Below are positions 27,080 to 36,368 of a stretch of 64,000 nucleotides of DNA, piece by piece; position 1 is the stretch's first letter; each line of letters starts with the position of its first letter. The position numbers and the translations under genes are program-made. Under the pieces are notes generated by a model. The model ran no database searches. It saw only the letters and a program-made list of their open reading frames with translations, and was not told where the DNA came from. The stretch spans positions 28,717 through 92,716 of the forward strand of contig JAUSGE010000014.1 of assembly GCA_030649205.1 (NCBI GenBank), in the 5' to 3' direction. Source of the stretch: a bacterium (GTDB lineage: Bacteria > Patescibacteriota > Patescibacteriia > Patescibacteriales > GWC2-42-12).

Positions 27080-28432
27080 ATGAAAGTAATATTATTGGAT
27101 ATTAAAGGCGCCTCGGCCAGAAAATGCGTTAATAAGGATTTATCCGGAGGCATGGGAACCGCCACCTGGGTCGGCGACTCATTTTTGGCCCGTGTTTTTG
27201 AGCGCGTCAAAAAAACAAACGTAGTTCTGCCGGAAATCACGATCGCTTATCTGGCCGCAATTTTTAAAAAATTCGGCTGGGAGGCCGAGGTGGCTGAGAT
27301 TAAAATAGGCTTGGAAAATTTTCGGAAAAAAGCGGATTTGGTTTTAGTGTTAAGTTCTATCGTTGATTGCGGCCATGAATTGGCTATCGTAGGCGAGCTT
27401 AAAGAAAAAGGCTATCATGTTGGAGTGTTCGGATCTTTCGCTACGGCTGTTCCGGAATTTTTTTCCAAGGCTGACTTTGTGATTAAAGGCGAGCCGGAAG
27501 CGGGCGCCTGGCAGATCGCTTCGCATAACTTATTGCCAAAAGGAATTATGGAAGTCGCGCCAATTGCCGACCTTAATTCTTTGCCGTATCCGGATTGGAG
27601 TTTTTTTCCGATTAAAAAGTATTCTTATTCTCCGGCTTTAAATAAAAAACCGGTCGTCGCCATGCTGGCTTCGCGGGGCTGTCCATATGGCTGTTCATTC
27701 TATTGCCCTTATTCAATAAATTCCGGCAGAACCTGGCGCGCGCGGAGCGTTGATAACGTGATTGGCGAGATGGAATATTTGAAGAAAAATTATGGCGTTA
27801 AGGCGGTTGATTTTAGAGACCCGGTTTTTACCTTAAACCGCGAGCGAACCGTGAAATTGGCTCAAGCCATGATAAAAAATAATTTAGGCATAATCTGGTC
27901 TTGCGAAACCAGAATTGATTGCTTGGATAAAGAACTTATTTTAATTATGAAACAAGCGGGTTTGCGGCATATCAATGCCGGCGTGGAGTCATTTAATGAA
28001 GAGGTGCTGAAAAAATCCAAGCGCCTGCCGATTCGCGCCGTTCACCAGGAAGAGATAATTTCTTTTTGCCATAAAAATGGTATTTCTGTCGCCGCTTTTT
28101 ATATTATCGGGCTTGAAGGCGACACTAAAGCCAGCGTCAAAGAGACTATTAAATATGCCAAAAAATTAAATACTCTAGTAGCTCAATTTACCATTAGCAC
28201 GCCCTATCCCGGAACGGAATTTTTTAATCAAGCTAAAGCGCAGGGCAGGCTGCTAACGCAGGCTTGGGAGCAATATGATATTTATACTCCGGTCGTAGAG
28301 CATGAAAATTTAAGCTCGGCCGATCAACTGGAGTTAAAAGAAGAAGCTTTTATCGCCTATTATTTTCGACCGCGTTATTTGCTGACCCATATGCCTAAAT
28401 ATTTATTGCAAAAATTTTTATGGCCGTTTTAA
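27080..28432 (+). CDS. B12-binding-domain radical SAM paralog with non-canonical Cys cluster (Cx3Cx3C)
   Basis: ASRGCPYGCSFYCPYS; codons verified at ~27672-27710 (tgt cca tat ggc tgt tca ttc tat tgc). Rest of the core is conserved with the paralogs (RTWRARSVD). Confidence 0.75.
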   Translation: MKVILLDIKGASARKCVNKDLSGGMGTATWVGDSFLARVFERVKKTNVVLPEITIAYLAAIFKKFGWEAEVAEIKIGLENFRKKADLVLVLSSIVDCGHELAIVGELKEKGYHVGVFGSFATAVPEFFSKADFVIKGEPEAGAWQIASHNLLPKGIMEVAPIADLNSLPYPDWSFFPIKKYSYSPALNKKPVVAMLASRGCPYGCSFYCPYSINSGRTWRARSVDNVIGEMEYLKKNYGVKAVDFRDPVFTLNRERTVKLAQAMIKNNLGIIWSCETRIDCLDKELILIMKQAGLRHINAGVESFNEEVLKKSKRLPIRAVHQEEIISFCHKNGISVAAFYIIGLEGDTKASVKETIKYAKKLNTLVAQFTISTPYPGTEFFNQAKAQGRLLTQAWEQYDIYTPVVEHENLSSADQLELKEEAFIAYYFRPRYLLTHMPKYLLQKFLWPF

Positions 28433-29238
28433 TTACCGGCGCCAAAGGATTTATCGGTTCGCGCTTAGTATCTTTTTTAAAAGAGGCGGGTTTTGATTTG
28501 GTAAATTTTGCCGCTGATATTACTGATCGTCAAGCGGTTTTAAGCTGGTCAAGCGATAAGAAAATTGAGGCGGTTATTCATCTGGCCGCGATTATGGGCG
28601 GGCGCAATAAAAGTTTGTTTAAAAAGATAAATATTGACGGGACCGGAAACATAATTGAGCTGTGCAAAAAAATCAGAGCCGGCCGTTTAATTTTTATGTC
28701 AAGTTTAAGGGCGCTTTCGTCCGAGCCAGATGATCCTTATGTTAATTCCAAAAAAGAAGCGGAAAAATTAGTTATTGACTCCGGCCTGCCTTATGTAGTT
28801 TTGCGGCCAAGCATGATTTACGGCCCGGGCGATAAAAAAAATATTGGATTTTTGCTAAAAATCGCCAGAACTTTGCCGCTAGTTCCGGTTTTTAATTTTA
28901 GGCTGCAGCCTTTATTTGTTGACGATGTTGCCAGAGTTATTATGGCTTGTTTTAAGGCCGCGCCAAACCAGACAATCAATCTGGCTGGCCAAGAAACTAT
29001 CAGCTATGCCGATTTGCTGGAATTATTAAAAGTTAAAGGTTATAAAATAAGGAGGCTTAACGCGCCGCGGCTGTTTAATTTTTTACTGAAGATTTTTTCT
29101 TGCCTGCCTTTTTCGCCGCTGCCGTATTGGCAGGTCAAAACTCTGTTGGCGGATGAAATTTTTGCAGGCAGCCAATGGCCCGGGAAGTTCAACATAAAGT
29201 GGACTTCTCTGGAGGAGGGAATGGCAAAAGTGGTTTGA
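28420..29238 (+). CDS. NAD-dependent epimerase/dehydratase-family SDR (short, 272 aa)
   Basis: ITGAKGFIGSRL Rossmann motif; YVNSKKEAE (YxxxK). Confidence 0.7.
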   Translation: MAVLITGAKGFIGSRLVSFLKEAGFDLVNFAADITDRQAVLSWSSDKKIEAVIHLAAIMGGRNKSLFKKINIDGTGNIIELCKKIRAGRLIFMSSLRALSSEPDDPYVNSKKEAEKLVIDSGLPYVVLRPSMIYGPGDKKNIGFLLKIARTLPLVPVFNFRLQPLFVDDVARVIMACFKAAPNQTINLAGQETISYADLLELLKVKGYKIRRLNAPRLFNFLLKIFSCLPFSPLPYWQVKTLLADEIFAGSQWPGKFNIKWTSLEEGMAKVV

Positions 29239-29342
29239 TTTGTATAAATATTAGCCTTTACTTCACCGATTATTTTTGCTACAGTGGTACAAACAATGCC
29301 TAGACCGCAAGTTTATTCATTATTGGCGATTTTAGCGGGTTT

Positions 29343-30665
29343 TTGAATATCGGGTTAATTTTCAGACGTTTTATGGCTGACAAAAAATTAAATATTATTA
29401 TTACCGGAGATAATGGCGAGTCTTTGCCGCCTCCTTACGGCGGGATTATTAAACGCTGTTTATTGCACGCGAAAGAATGGAAAGAAAAAGGCGCCGAAGT
29501 TTATCTTCATGTTTATCATCGCCACGAAAAGGAAAACGATTTGGGAGCCGGCGCGAACTATTTTTACGATTTTAAAAAAGAGCCGTCAAAAATTGATAAA
29601 ATATTTTTCGCGGCAAATAATTTTTTACGAAATCCGTTTTTATTTTTTAGGCTGCTTTTACTGCAAATAAAATTAAATCCTAATTTTATCATCGGCCGGT
29701 TTCTATACTGTGCCGGCAGAGGAATTCTGCTTGATAAAAAGATTAAACAAATTGATCCTGATATTTTAATAACCGAAACCGGTTGTTTGCAAAGCGCCGT
29801 CGCTGTTTTTATCGGTAAGAAAAATAATTTGCCCGTGGTTTTAGAAAATTACGCCGAAATTCAGTATCTGCTTGATATTTCAGGGAATAATCAAGCGGAG
29901 CGTTGCGCCAGACTTTGGGATTATCTGGTAAATCAAGCCGATGCCGTCGTTTCCGCTTCCAAACATTGTTCGCAGGGACCGAAAAAGTATGTCAGAGATG
30001 AATCCAGGATTAAAATTATTTATAGCGGCATCAATTTTAATATTTTTAACGCCCAGGCCGGAAAAGACAAGGCGGCGGCGCGAAAAGAATTCGGGCTGCC
30101 GCATGACAAATTTTTGGTGATGGCGGTCGGCGCGTTAAAGATGCGGAAAGGCCATGACCAACTGCTGGAAGCTTTACTTATAATGCCGGACGATGTTTTG
30201 AACAAGATAAATGTGGTTATTTGCGGTATGGGGTCGGTTGGCGATTTGATAAAAAAAGCCGGAGAAATCGGTTTTCCCCATAAGTCGTTAAAGATTTTTC
30301 AGGGTTTAAGCGAAGAGTCTTTGGCTCAGCTTTATTCTTCGGCTGATTGTTTCTGTTTTCCTTCCATAACCCCGCGAGAATGCATGGGCATGGCGATGAA
30401 AGAGGCGATGGCGGTTGGCTTGCCGATAGTTGCCTATAATGCGGGCGGAATCAAAGAGGCGATTGAGCAAGGGATTAACGGTTTTTTGGCGCCGGTTGGC
30501 GATCAGGAATCTTTGGCGCTGGCGATAAAAAAGATGATGGATCTGGGATTAAGCGGAAGATCTTTTTTAAGCCAAAGTAACATCATTAAGGCCAGGCATT
30601 TTTTTGACATAAAAAAAACGGCGGAGCAATTATATCAAGTGCTATTAAAATTAGTTTTAAAATAA
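29343..30665 (+). CDS. glycosyltransferase family 4 (alternative start at ATG 29373)
   Basis: C-terminal E-x7-E (RECMGMAMKEAMAVGLPIVAYNAGGIKEAIEQGINGFL). Confidence 0.75.
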   Translation: MNIGLIFRRFMADKKLNIIITGDNGESLPPPYGGIIKRCLLHAKEWKEKGAEVYLHVYHRHEKENDLGAGANYFYDFKKEPSKIDKIFFAANNFLRNPFLFFRLLLLQIKLNPNFIIGRFLYCAGRGILLDKKIKQIDPDILITETGCLQSAVAVFIGKKNNLPVVLENYAEIQYLLDISGNNQAERCARLWDYLVNQADAVVSASKHCSQGPKKYVRDESRIKIIYSGINFNIFNAQAGKDKAAARKEFGLPHDKFLVMAVGALKMRKGHDQLLEALLIMPDDVLNKINVVICGMGSVGDLIKKAGEIGFPHKSLKIFQGLSEESLAQLYSSADCFCFPSITPRECMGMAMKEAMAVGLPIVAYNAGGIKEAIEQGINGFLAPVGDQESLALAIKKMMDLGLSGRSFLSQSNIIKARHFFDIKKTAEQLYQVLLKLVLK

Positions 30666-30677
30666 TATTGATTCAAT

Positions 30678-31775
30678 ATGAAAAAAATTCCGTTGGCTAA
30701 ACCAGATCTAAGCGGCAATGAAATTAAATATGTCAATGAGGTTATCGCCAAACAAGGGAGAATTTCTTCCAGCGGCTATTATCTTGATAAATTTGAAGGC
30801 ATGGCCGCCAGAAGATTCAAAAGGAAATTCGCTTTAAGCTGCTCTAACGGAACAACGGCTTTGCATCTCGCTCTCTTAAGTCTGGGCATCGGGCCGGGGG
30901 ACGAGGTGATTGTGCCGACCATGACTTTTGCCGCCTGCGCGGCGGCCATAGTTTATTGCGGTGCCAGGCCGGTTTTTATTGATTCCAATCTTCAAGATTG
31001 GACGATTGATGTTTTGCAGCTGGATGCAAAAAAGACCAGCCGCACCCGCGCGGTGCTGGCGGTGGATCTTTATGGCATGCCGGCCAACTATGATATTTTG
31101 CCGGCTTGGTGCAAAAAAAATAAGATTTATTTAATTGAAGACGCGGCCGAGGCCCATGGCGCGTGCTTTGCCGGGAAGCCGGTTGGCAGTTTTGGCCAAG
31201 TAAGCTGTTTCTCTTTTTATGGCAATAAAGTTTTAACTACCGGCGAAGGCGGCGTTTGCCTGACCGATGATAAAGCACTGTATAATCGGATGAAAGTTTT
31301 AAAAAATCACGGCATGAGATCGGCCGGGCTTTATGATCATGATATAGTCGGTTTTAATTATCGCTTGACTAATTTGCAGGCGGCAATTGGTTGCGCTCAA
31401 TTTGAAAGATTTAATGAATTTTTGGCTAAGCGAGAGCAGCTTGATCGGTGGTATCATGAGTTTTTGGGCGGGACTGAAGAAATAATTTTTCAAAAATATG
31501 ATCAGAAAAAAATCAGTCCGGTTTGCTGGCTTTTCAGTTGTGTGGTTAAAAAAAATAGCCAATTAATCCGCAGCAAATTGACTGGCAAAGGCATTGAAAA
31601 TCGAGCGTTTTTTAAGCCGCTGCATTTGCAAAAACCCTATAAGCGATATTGTCTGAATCAAAAATTCCCCAAGGCCGAATATCTTTATAAGCATGGTTTA
31701 ACCTTGCCGGCTTTTATTGATTTGACCAAAAGAGAAATTAAGCGTATCAGCGATTATTTACTGGCCAGTTTTTAA
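30678..31775 (+). CDS. DegT/DnrJ/EryC1/StrS-family PLP-dependent sugar aminotransferase
   Basis: Region around SFYGNKVLTTGEGG with a Lys in the conserved position; typical 365 aa length. Confidence 0.8.
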   Translation: MKKIPLAKPDLSGNEIKYVNEVIAKQGRISSSGYYLDKFEGMAARRFKRKFALSCSNGTTALHLALLSLGIGPGDEVIVPTMTFAACAAAIVYCGARPVFIDSNLQDWTIDVLQLDAKKTSRTRAVLAVDLYGMPANYDILPAWCKKNKIYLIEDAAEAHGACFAGKPVGSFGQVSCFSFYGNKVLTTGEGGVCLTDDKALYNRMKVLKNHGMRSAGLYDHDIVGFNYRLTNLQAAIGCAQFERFNEFLAKREQLDRWYHEFLGGTEEIIFQKYDQKKISPVCWLFSCVVKKNSQLIRSKLTGKGIENRAFFKPLHLQKPYKRYCLNQKFPKAEYLYKHGLTLPAFIDLTKREIKRISDYLLASF

Positions 31776-31796
31776 CGGAAAAATAAGAATTTTTTT

Positions 31797-32429
31797 ATGA
31801 GTTATTATTCGGAAATTGAATATAAGAAAAAAAAGACGGACGAGCTTTGGTTTGAAAAATTATATTTTGATCGCTGGTTTAAAAATTGTTCCGGTCCAAT
31901 CTTAGACATCGGCTGTTCAGCCGGTAATTTTTTAGCGGTGGCGCCGGAAATAATTGAAGGAATTGACCTTGATGACGAGGCGTTGGAAATTGCTCTTGCC
32001 AGAGGCTTAAAAGTTAAAAAAGTTGACATTGAATCGGGAATGAAAAATATTGAAAATGAATATTACGCGGCGATTTACGCCAAACATGTTTTGGAGCACC
32101 TGGATAAGCCGTTAGAATTTCTACGGGAGATTAAAAGAATCTTAAAGCCCGGCGGCCGGGCGATAATTTCTACCCCAAACTGTCCCTATATGTTAAATAA
32201 GAATTTTTGGGATGATTATACGCATAAAAGGCCGTTTACCCGGCAGAGTTTAAAAATGATTGCTTTTGACGCAGGCTGGTTTAGGATAAAAATTTATGAA
32301 GATTTTCGCTGTTTTCCGGGATTGGGAAAAATAATGAGATGGTTTTCATTATCACCTAAGCTGGTTAGAGATACTCAATCTTTTTTTGGCGTTAACGGAT
32401 TGTCATTAATTTTAGAGTTAAAAAAATAA
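31797..32429 (+). CDS. class I SAM-dependent methyltransferase
   Basis: Motif I ILDIGCSAGNF; post I LKPGGRAIIS. Confidence 0.7.
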   Translation: MSYYSEIEYKKKKTDELWFEKLYFDRWFKNCSGPILDIGCSAGNFLAVAPEIIEGIDLDDEALEIALARGLKVKKVDIESGMKNIENEYYAAIYAKHVLEHLDKPLEFLREIKRILKPGGRAIISTPNCPYMLNKNFWDDYTHKRPFTRQSLKMIAFDAGWFRIKIYEDFRCFPGLGKIMRWFSLSPKLVRDTQSFFGVNGLSLILELKK

Positions 32430-32440
32430 ATAATTTATTT

Positions 32441-33439
32441 ATGAAAAGAGCGTTAATTATAGGCATTACCGGCCAAGACGGTCCGTACTTAGCCAAGTTA
32501 TTAGTCAATAAAGGTTATAAGGTTTATGGCGGTTATCGGCGATCCAGCACTAGGAATTTATGGCGGCTTCATTATTTAGACGTTAAAAAGGACGTAGAAT
32601 TAATTTCTTTGGATTTAATCGATCAGACTTCCATTATGGCGGCGATTAAGCAATCCCGGCCCGATGAAATTTATAATTTAGCGGCTCAAAGTTTTGTCGG
32701 AGTTTCTTTTGAGGAAGCGATAGCGACCGGAGAAATTACCGGGCTCGGCGTAACACGGATTTTGGATTCAATCAGACAGACAAATCCAAGAATTAAGTTT
32801 TATCAGGCCTCGACTTCGGAAATGTTTGGCGATGCTTTGCCGCCGCAAAGCGAAAAGACGCTTTTTGAACCCAACAGTCCTTATGCCGCGGCCAAGCTTT
32901 ATGCCCATTGGGCAACCAAAAGCTATCGCCAAGGCTATGGCTTGTTCGCTTGCTCCGGCATTTTATTTAATCATGAATCGCCGATTCGCGGCATTGAATT
33001 TGTGACCAGAAAAATTACTGATGGGGTGGCGCGGATAAAAATGGGTTACAGCGATAAAATTTATTTAGGCAACCTGGACGCCAAGCGCGACTGGGGGTTT
33101 GCCGGAGATTATGTTGAAGCGATGTGGCTAATGTTACAGCAAAAAAAAGCTGATGATTATGTTATCGCGACCGGCGAAAGCCATACGGTTAAAGAATTTT
33201 GCGAAGAAGCTTTTTCTTGTGTCGGGCTTAATTGGCAAAAATATGTGGAAGTTGATAAAAAGTTTTTGCGTCCTAATGACGTCCATTATCTTTTAGGAGA
33301 TCCAGCTAAAGCGAAAAAAGAACTTAATTGGCAGCCCAAAGTTAATTTTAAAGAGTTGGTCAAAATGATGGTGGAGGCGGATTTGGAAAAATATCAGAAC
33401 CCCCTAAAGCACACCCGGCAGTTTTTAAAGCATATTTAA
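32441..33439 (+). CDS. gmd: GDP-mannose 4,6-dehydratase
   Basis: MKRALIIGITGQDGPYLAKLLVNKGYKVYG and ...YAAAKLYAHW... are canonical Gmd motifs; 332 aa. Confidence 0.85.
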   Translation: MKRALIIGITGQDGPYLAKLLVNKGYKVYGGYRRSSTRNLWRLHYLDVKKDVELISLDLIDQTSIMAAIKQSRPDEIYNLAAQSFVGVSFEEAIATGEITGLGVTRILDSIRQTNPRIKFYQASTSEMFGDALPPQSEKTLFEPNSPYAAAKLYAHWATKSYRQGYGLFACSGILFNHESPIRGIEFVTRKITDGVARIKMGYSDKIYLGNLDAKRDWGFAGDYVEAMWLMLQQKKADDYVIATGESHTVKEFCEEAFSCVGLNWQKYVEVDKKFLRPNDVHYLLGDPAKAKKELNWQPKVNFKELVKMMVEADLEKYQNPLKHTRQFLKHI

Positions 33440-33441
33440 TT

Positions 33442-34554
33442 ATGAAATTAATTTATTTAACCGACTTTGGCTTGCCGACCGAGTGGGCGCATGGGATTCA
33501 AGTAATGAAAATGTGCGAGGCCTTTAGCGGCCAGGGCGTTGAAATAGAGTTGGTGGCGCCTCGACGCCGCAATGAAATAAAAACGGACTCGTTTGCTTAT
33601 TATGGCGTAAAAAAAATTTTTAGGCTGACTAAACTGCCTTGCCTTGATTTTTGTCCCGGCAATACTAATAGTTTTTATTTTTGGCTGCGCATAGTTAGCT
33701 TTTTGCTGGTAGCTAAATTTTATTTTTTAATTAAAGATTTTGATGCGTTATACGCCAGAGATCAAATTGCCGGCTTATTCTTTAATGATTTTATTCTGGA
33801 AATTCATTCGCTGCCTGAATTGATCAAGCCTCGGCATAGAAAAGTATGGAGGAAAGCGGACAAGCTGTTGGTTTTAACAAGTTTTGCAAAAGAGAGATTG
33901 GTAAAAGAGGGGATCGGCGAGGATAAAATTTTGGTAACGCCGGACGCCGTTGATTTAAAAGACTTTGATATCAGCGCGGCTAAAGAGCAACTAAGGCAGG
34001 AGCTGGCCTTGCCCCTTGATAAAAAAATAATTATGTACGCGGGCAGTTTTTATTTGCATGACTGGAAGGGTGTTGACATTTTATTGGCATCAGCGGAATA
34101 TTTTGATCGAGACTGGGTTTTAATGTTAGCGGGCGGCGAGGCGGAAGAAATAGAAATGATTAAAGAAAAATATGGTTCGCCGAATATTCTATTGGTTGGC
34201 CGTAAGCTCCATCAAGAAATACCCCGGTATCTTAAAGCAGCCGATGTTTTGATTTTACCTAATAAAAAAGGCAAAGATATTTCTGAAAAATATACCTCGC
34301 CTTTGAAATTGTTTGAATATATGGCTTCTGACAGGCCGATTGTTGCTTCTGATTTGCCTTCAATCAGGGAAATTCTAAATGATAAAAACTCCGTCTTGGT
34401 AAAACCGAATTCGCCTAAAAATTTAGCCCTCGGCATTAGAAAATTAATTCAAGATGATATTTTTTCAAAACGATTAACCGGGCAGGCTTTGCGTGACGCG
34501 CAAAATTATACCTGGGAAAGAAGAGCGAAAAAAATAATTGAATTTATTAAATAA
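33442..34554 (+). CDS. glycosyltransferase family 4
   Basis: GT-B layout with C-terminal EYMASDRPIVASDLPSIREIL. Confidence 0.7.
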   Translation: MKLIYLTDFGLPTEWAHGIQVMKMCEAFSGQGVEIELVAPRRRNEIKTDSFAYYGVKKIFRLTKLPCLDFCPGNTNSFYFWLRIVSFLLVAKFYFLIKDFDALYARDQIAGLFFNDFILEIHSLPELIKPRHRKVWRKADKLLVLTSFAKERLVKEGIGEDKILVTPDAVDLKDFDISAAKEQLRQELALPLDKKIIMYAGSFYLHDWKGVDILLASAEYFDRDWVLMLAGGEAEEIEMIKEKYGSPNILLVGRKLHQEIPRYLKAADVLILPNKKGKDISEKYTSPLKLFEYMASDRPIVASDLPSIREILNDKNSVLVKPNSPKNLALGIRKLIQDDIFSKRLTGQALRDAQNYTWERRAKKIIEFIK

Positions 34555-34556
34555 AA

Positions 34557-34584
34557 AATTGCCGCGCAAAAAAAAGCGGCAATT
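34557..34584 (+). terminator. 9 bp stem hairpin (aattgccgc / gcggcaatt) with a 10 nt A-rich loop after the GT4 stop; no U-tract
   Basis: Seen directly; a partially overlapping palindrome ggcaattgcc also occurs. Confidence 0.3.
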
Positions 34585-34613
34585 GCCGGTATCTTAAGAT
34601 AAGATAATAATTT

Positions 34614-35336
34614 ATGAAATTGACAATTAACAGCTTAAGCATTTTTTTCCCTTGTTATAACGACAAGGGAACGATCGGGAAAATGATAGCCGAGTCGGCC
34701 AAGACGGCCGAAGCTTTAGGCATTAAAGATTACGAAATTATCGTTACGGATGACGGCAGTACTGACGGTTCGCGCGAATTGTTGGCGGATTTGCAAAAAT
34801 CCGATTCCCGGCTTAAAGTTATTTATCACGAGAAAAATCGCGGCTACGGCGCGGCGCTTAAAAGCGGCTTCGCCCGGGCCGGCAAAGAATGGATTTTTTA
34901 TACTGACGGCGACGCGCAGTATGACGTAAAAGAGCTGGCCTTATTGGTCGGCGCGCTGGAAGAAGGCGTTGATTTGGTTAATGGCTATAAGATGAAGCGC
35001 CAGGACACTTTTGACCGGATTATAATCGGCAAAATTTACCAATGGGTAATGAAAGCGGTTTTTTTGCTTAAAATAAGAGACGTGGATTGCGATTATCGCT
35101 TATTCAGGAAAGCCAAGCTGGATGAAATAATCTTGAAAAGCAACGACGGCAGCATGTGCGTTGAATTATCTCGCCGGCTGCAAAATGCCGGAGCCGTGGC
35201 CCGCCAAGTGCCAGTGCACCATTTCTCCCGCACCTACGGGCATTCGCAGTTTTTTACCTTTAAGAGAGTGTCCAGGACATTATTGACTTTGGCGAAATTA
35301 TGGTGGGAGCTGGTTTTGCTCGGACGGACAAAATAA
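34614..35336 (+). CDS. GT2 glycosyltransferase (polyprenol-phosphate sugar synthase-like, third GtrB/DPM1-like copy)
   Basis: SIFFPCYNDKG...VTDDGSTDGS...YTDGDAQYD. Confidence 0.75.
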   Translation: MKLTINSLSIFFPCYNDKGTIGKMIAESAKTAEALGIKDYEIIVTDDGSTDGSRELLADLQKSDSRLKVIYHEKNRGYGAALKSGFARAGKEWIFYTDGDAQYDVKELALLVGALEEGVDLVNGYKMKRQDTFDRIIIGKIYQWVMKAVFLLKIRDVDCDYRLFRKAKLDEIILKSNDGSMCVELSRRLQNAGAVARQVPVHHFSRTYGHSQFFTFKRVSRTLLTLAKLWWELVLLGRTK

Positions 35337-35344
35337 GATACTAT

Positions 35345-35932
35345 ATGATTAAAGAGATTACAAATTATTTAGAACAGCACCCTGTTATTTTAAATTTTTT
35401 AAGAAAATTTCTTGAGGGCGGCCATAAGGGAGAAATTGAGGTCATAAAGCGTGAACTGCCGGACAGATTGGAGCGGCGCGCTCTTGATTTAGGTTGCGGC
35501 ACCGGGGTGTTTTCACCGTTTTTTGGCAAAGATTATGCCGGCGTTGATATTTCGGAAGCGTATATTAATTATGCCCGCCGCCGCTATAATAAAACTTTTA
35601 AAGCTATGGACGCCCGCCGACTGGCTTTTCCCGGCCAATCATTTGATATCGTCTGGGTGAACGGCGTATTGCATCATCTTGATGATGCCTCGGTCAGGCA
35701 GATATTAAAAGAGATTAAACGAGTTTTGAAGACCGGCGGCCGGGTAATCATTATGGAAGATACACCGGGCGTTAAATTTATTTCTAAAATAGTCAGGAGC
35801 CTGGATGCTGGAGGATATATTCGGCCGGCTGAAGGGTATCGCCGCTTAATCCGGGAGCAGTTTATTATTAGAAAAGAATACCCCTTGCGCACCGGCGTCT
35901 GCGATTATCAGGTTTTTGTAATAAATATATGA
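35345..35932 (+). CDS. class I SAM-dependent methyltransferase
   Basis: Motif I ALDLGCGTGVF; post I LKTGGRVIIME. Confidence 0.7.
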   Translation: MIKEITNYLEQHPVILNFLRKFLEGGHKGEIEVIKRELPDRLERRALDLGCGTGVFSPFFGKDYAGVDISEAYINYARRRYNKTFKAMDARRLAFPGQSFDIVWVNGVLHHLDDASVRQILKEIKRVLKTGGRVIIMEDTPGVKFISKIVRSLDAGGYIRPAEGYRRLIREQFIIRKEYPLRTGVCDYQVFVINI

Positions 35933-36354
35933 TAAATAAAATAAAAGTAAAAAACGCCAAGATTATTAAATTGCAGTTTTTCAATGATTTTCCTGATGGC
36001 AATTTGGTGATTGGCGAAGAAAAAAAGAGCGTGCCTTTCGCCATTAAACGGTTCTATTTTATAAATAATTTATTTAATAAAAAGGCGATCCGCGGCCTGC
36101 ACGCCCATAAAAAATTAAAGCAAATTATTTTGTGCGTTAACGGGTCGTTTGAATTGCATTTAGACGACGGCCGGACTAAGCAAAAAATAATCATGAACGA
36201 TCCTTATACCGGCATTTATTTGGGCTCAAAAGTCTGGCGCGTCATGAAGAAATTTTCCTCGGACTGCGTTATCTTGGTAGTGGCCAGCGATTATTATAAA
36301 GAAAGCGATTATTTCCGCGATTATCAAAAATTTTTAAAGTCCGTGAATGAATAG
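35929..36354 (+). CDS. WxcM/FdtA-like cupin (NDP-4-keto-6-deoxyhexose 3,4-ketoisomerase family)
   Basis: 141 aa; FAIKRFYFINN...IRGLHAHKKLKQIILCVNGSF matches the FdtA His-pair region. Confidence 0.7.
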   Translation: MINKIKVKNAKIIKLQFFNDFPDGNLVIGEEKKSVPFAIKRFYFINNLFNKKAIRGLHAHKKLKQIILCVNGSFELHLDDGRTKQKIIMNDPYTGIYLGSKVWRVMKKFSSDCVILVVASDYYKESDYFRDYQKFLKSVNE

Positions 36355-36368
36355 CCGGTATTTTTTTT

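Noticed and set aside
29413-29670. 85 aa alternative-frame ORF inside GT4 gene 29343..30665
   Set aside because: Same reasoning: it is nested in another frame of a supported GT4 CDS.
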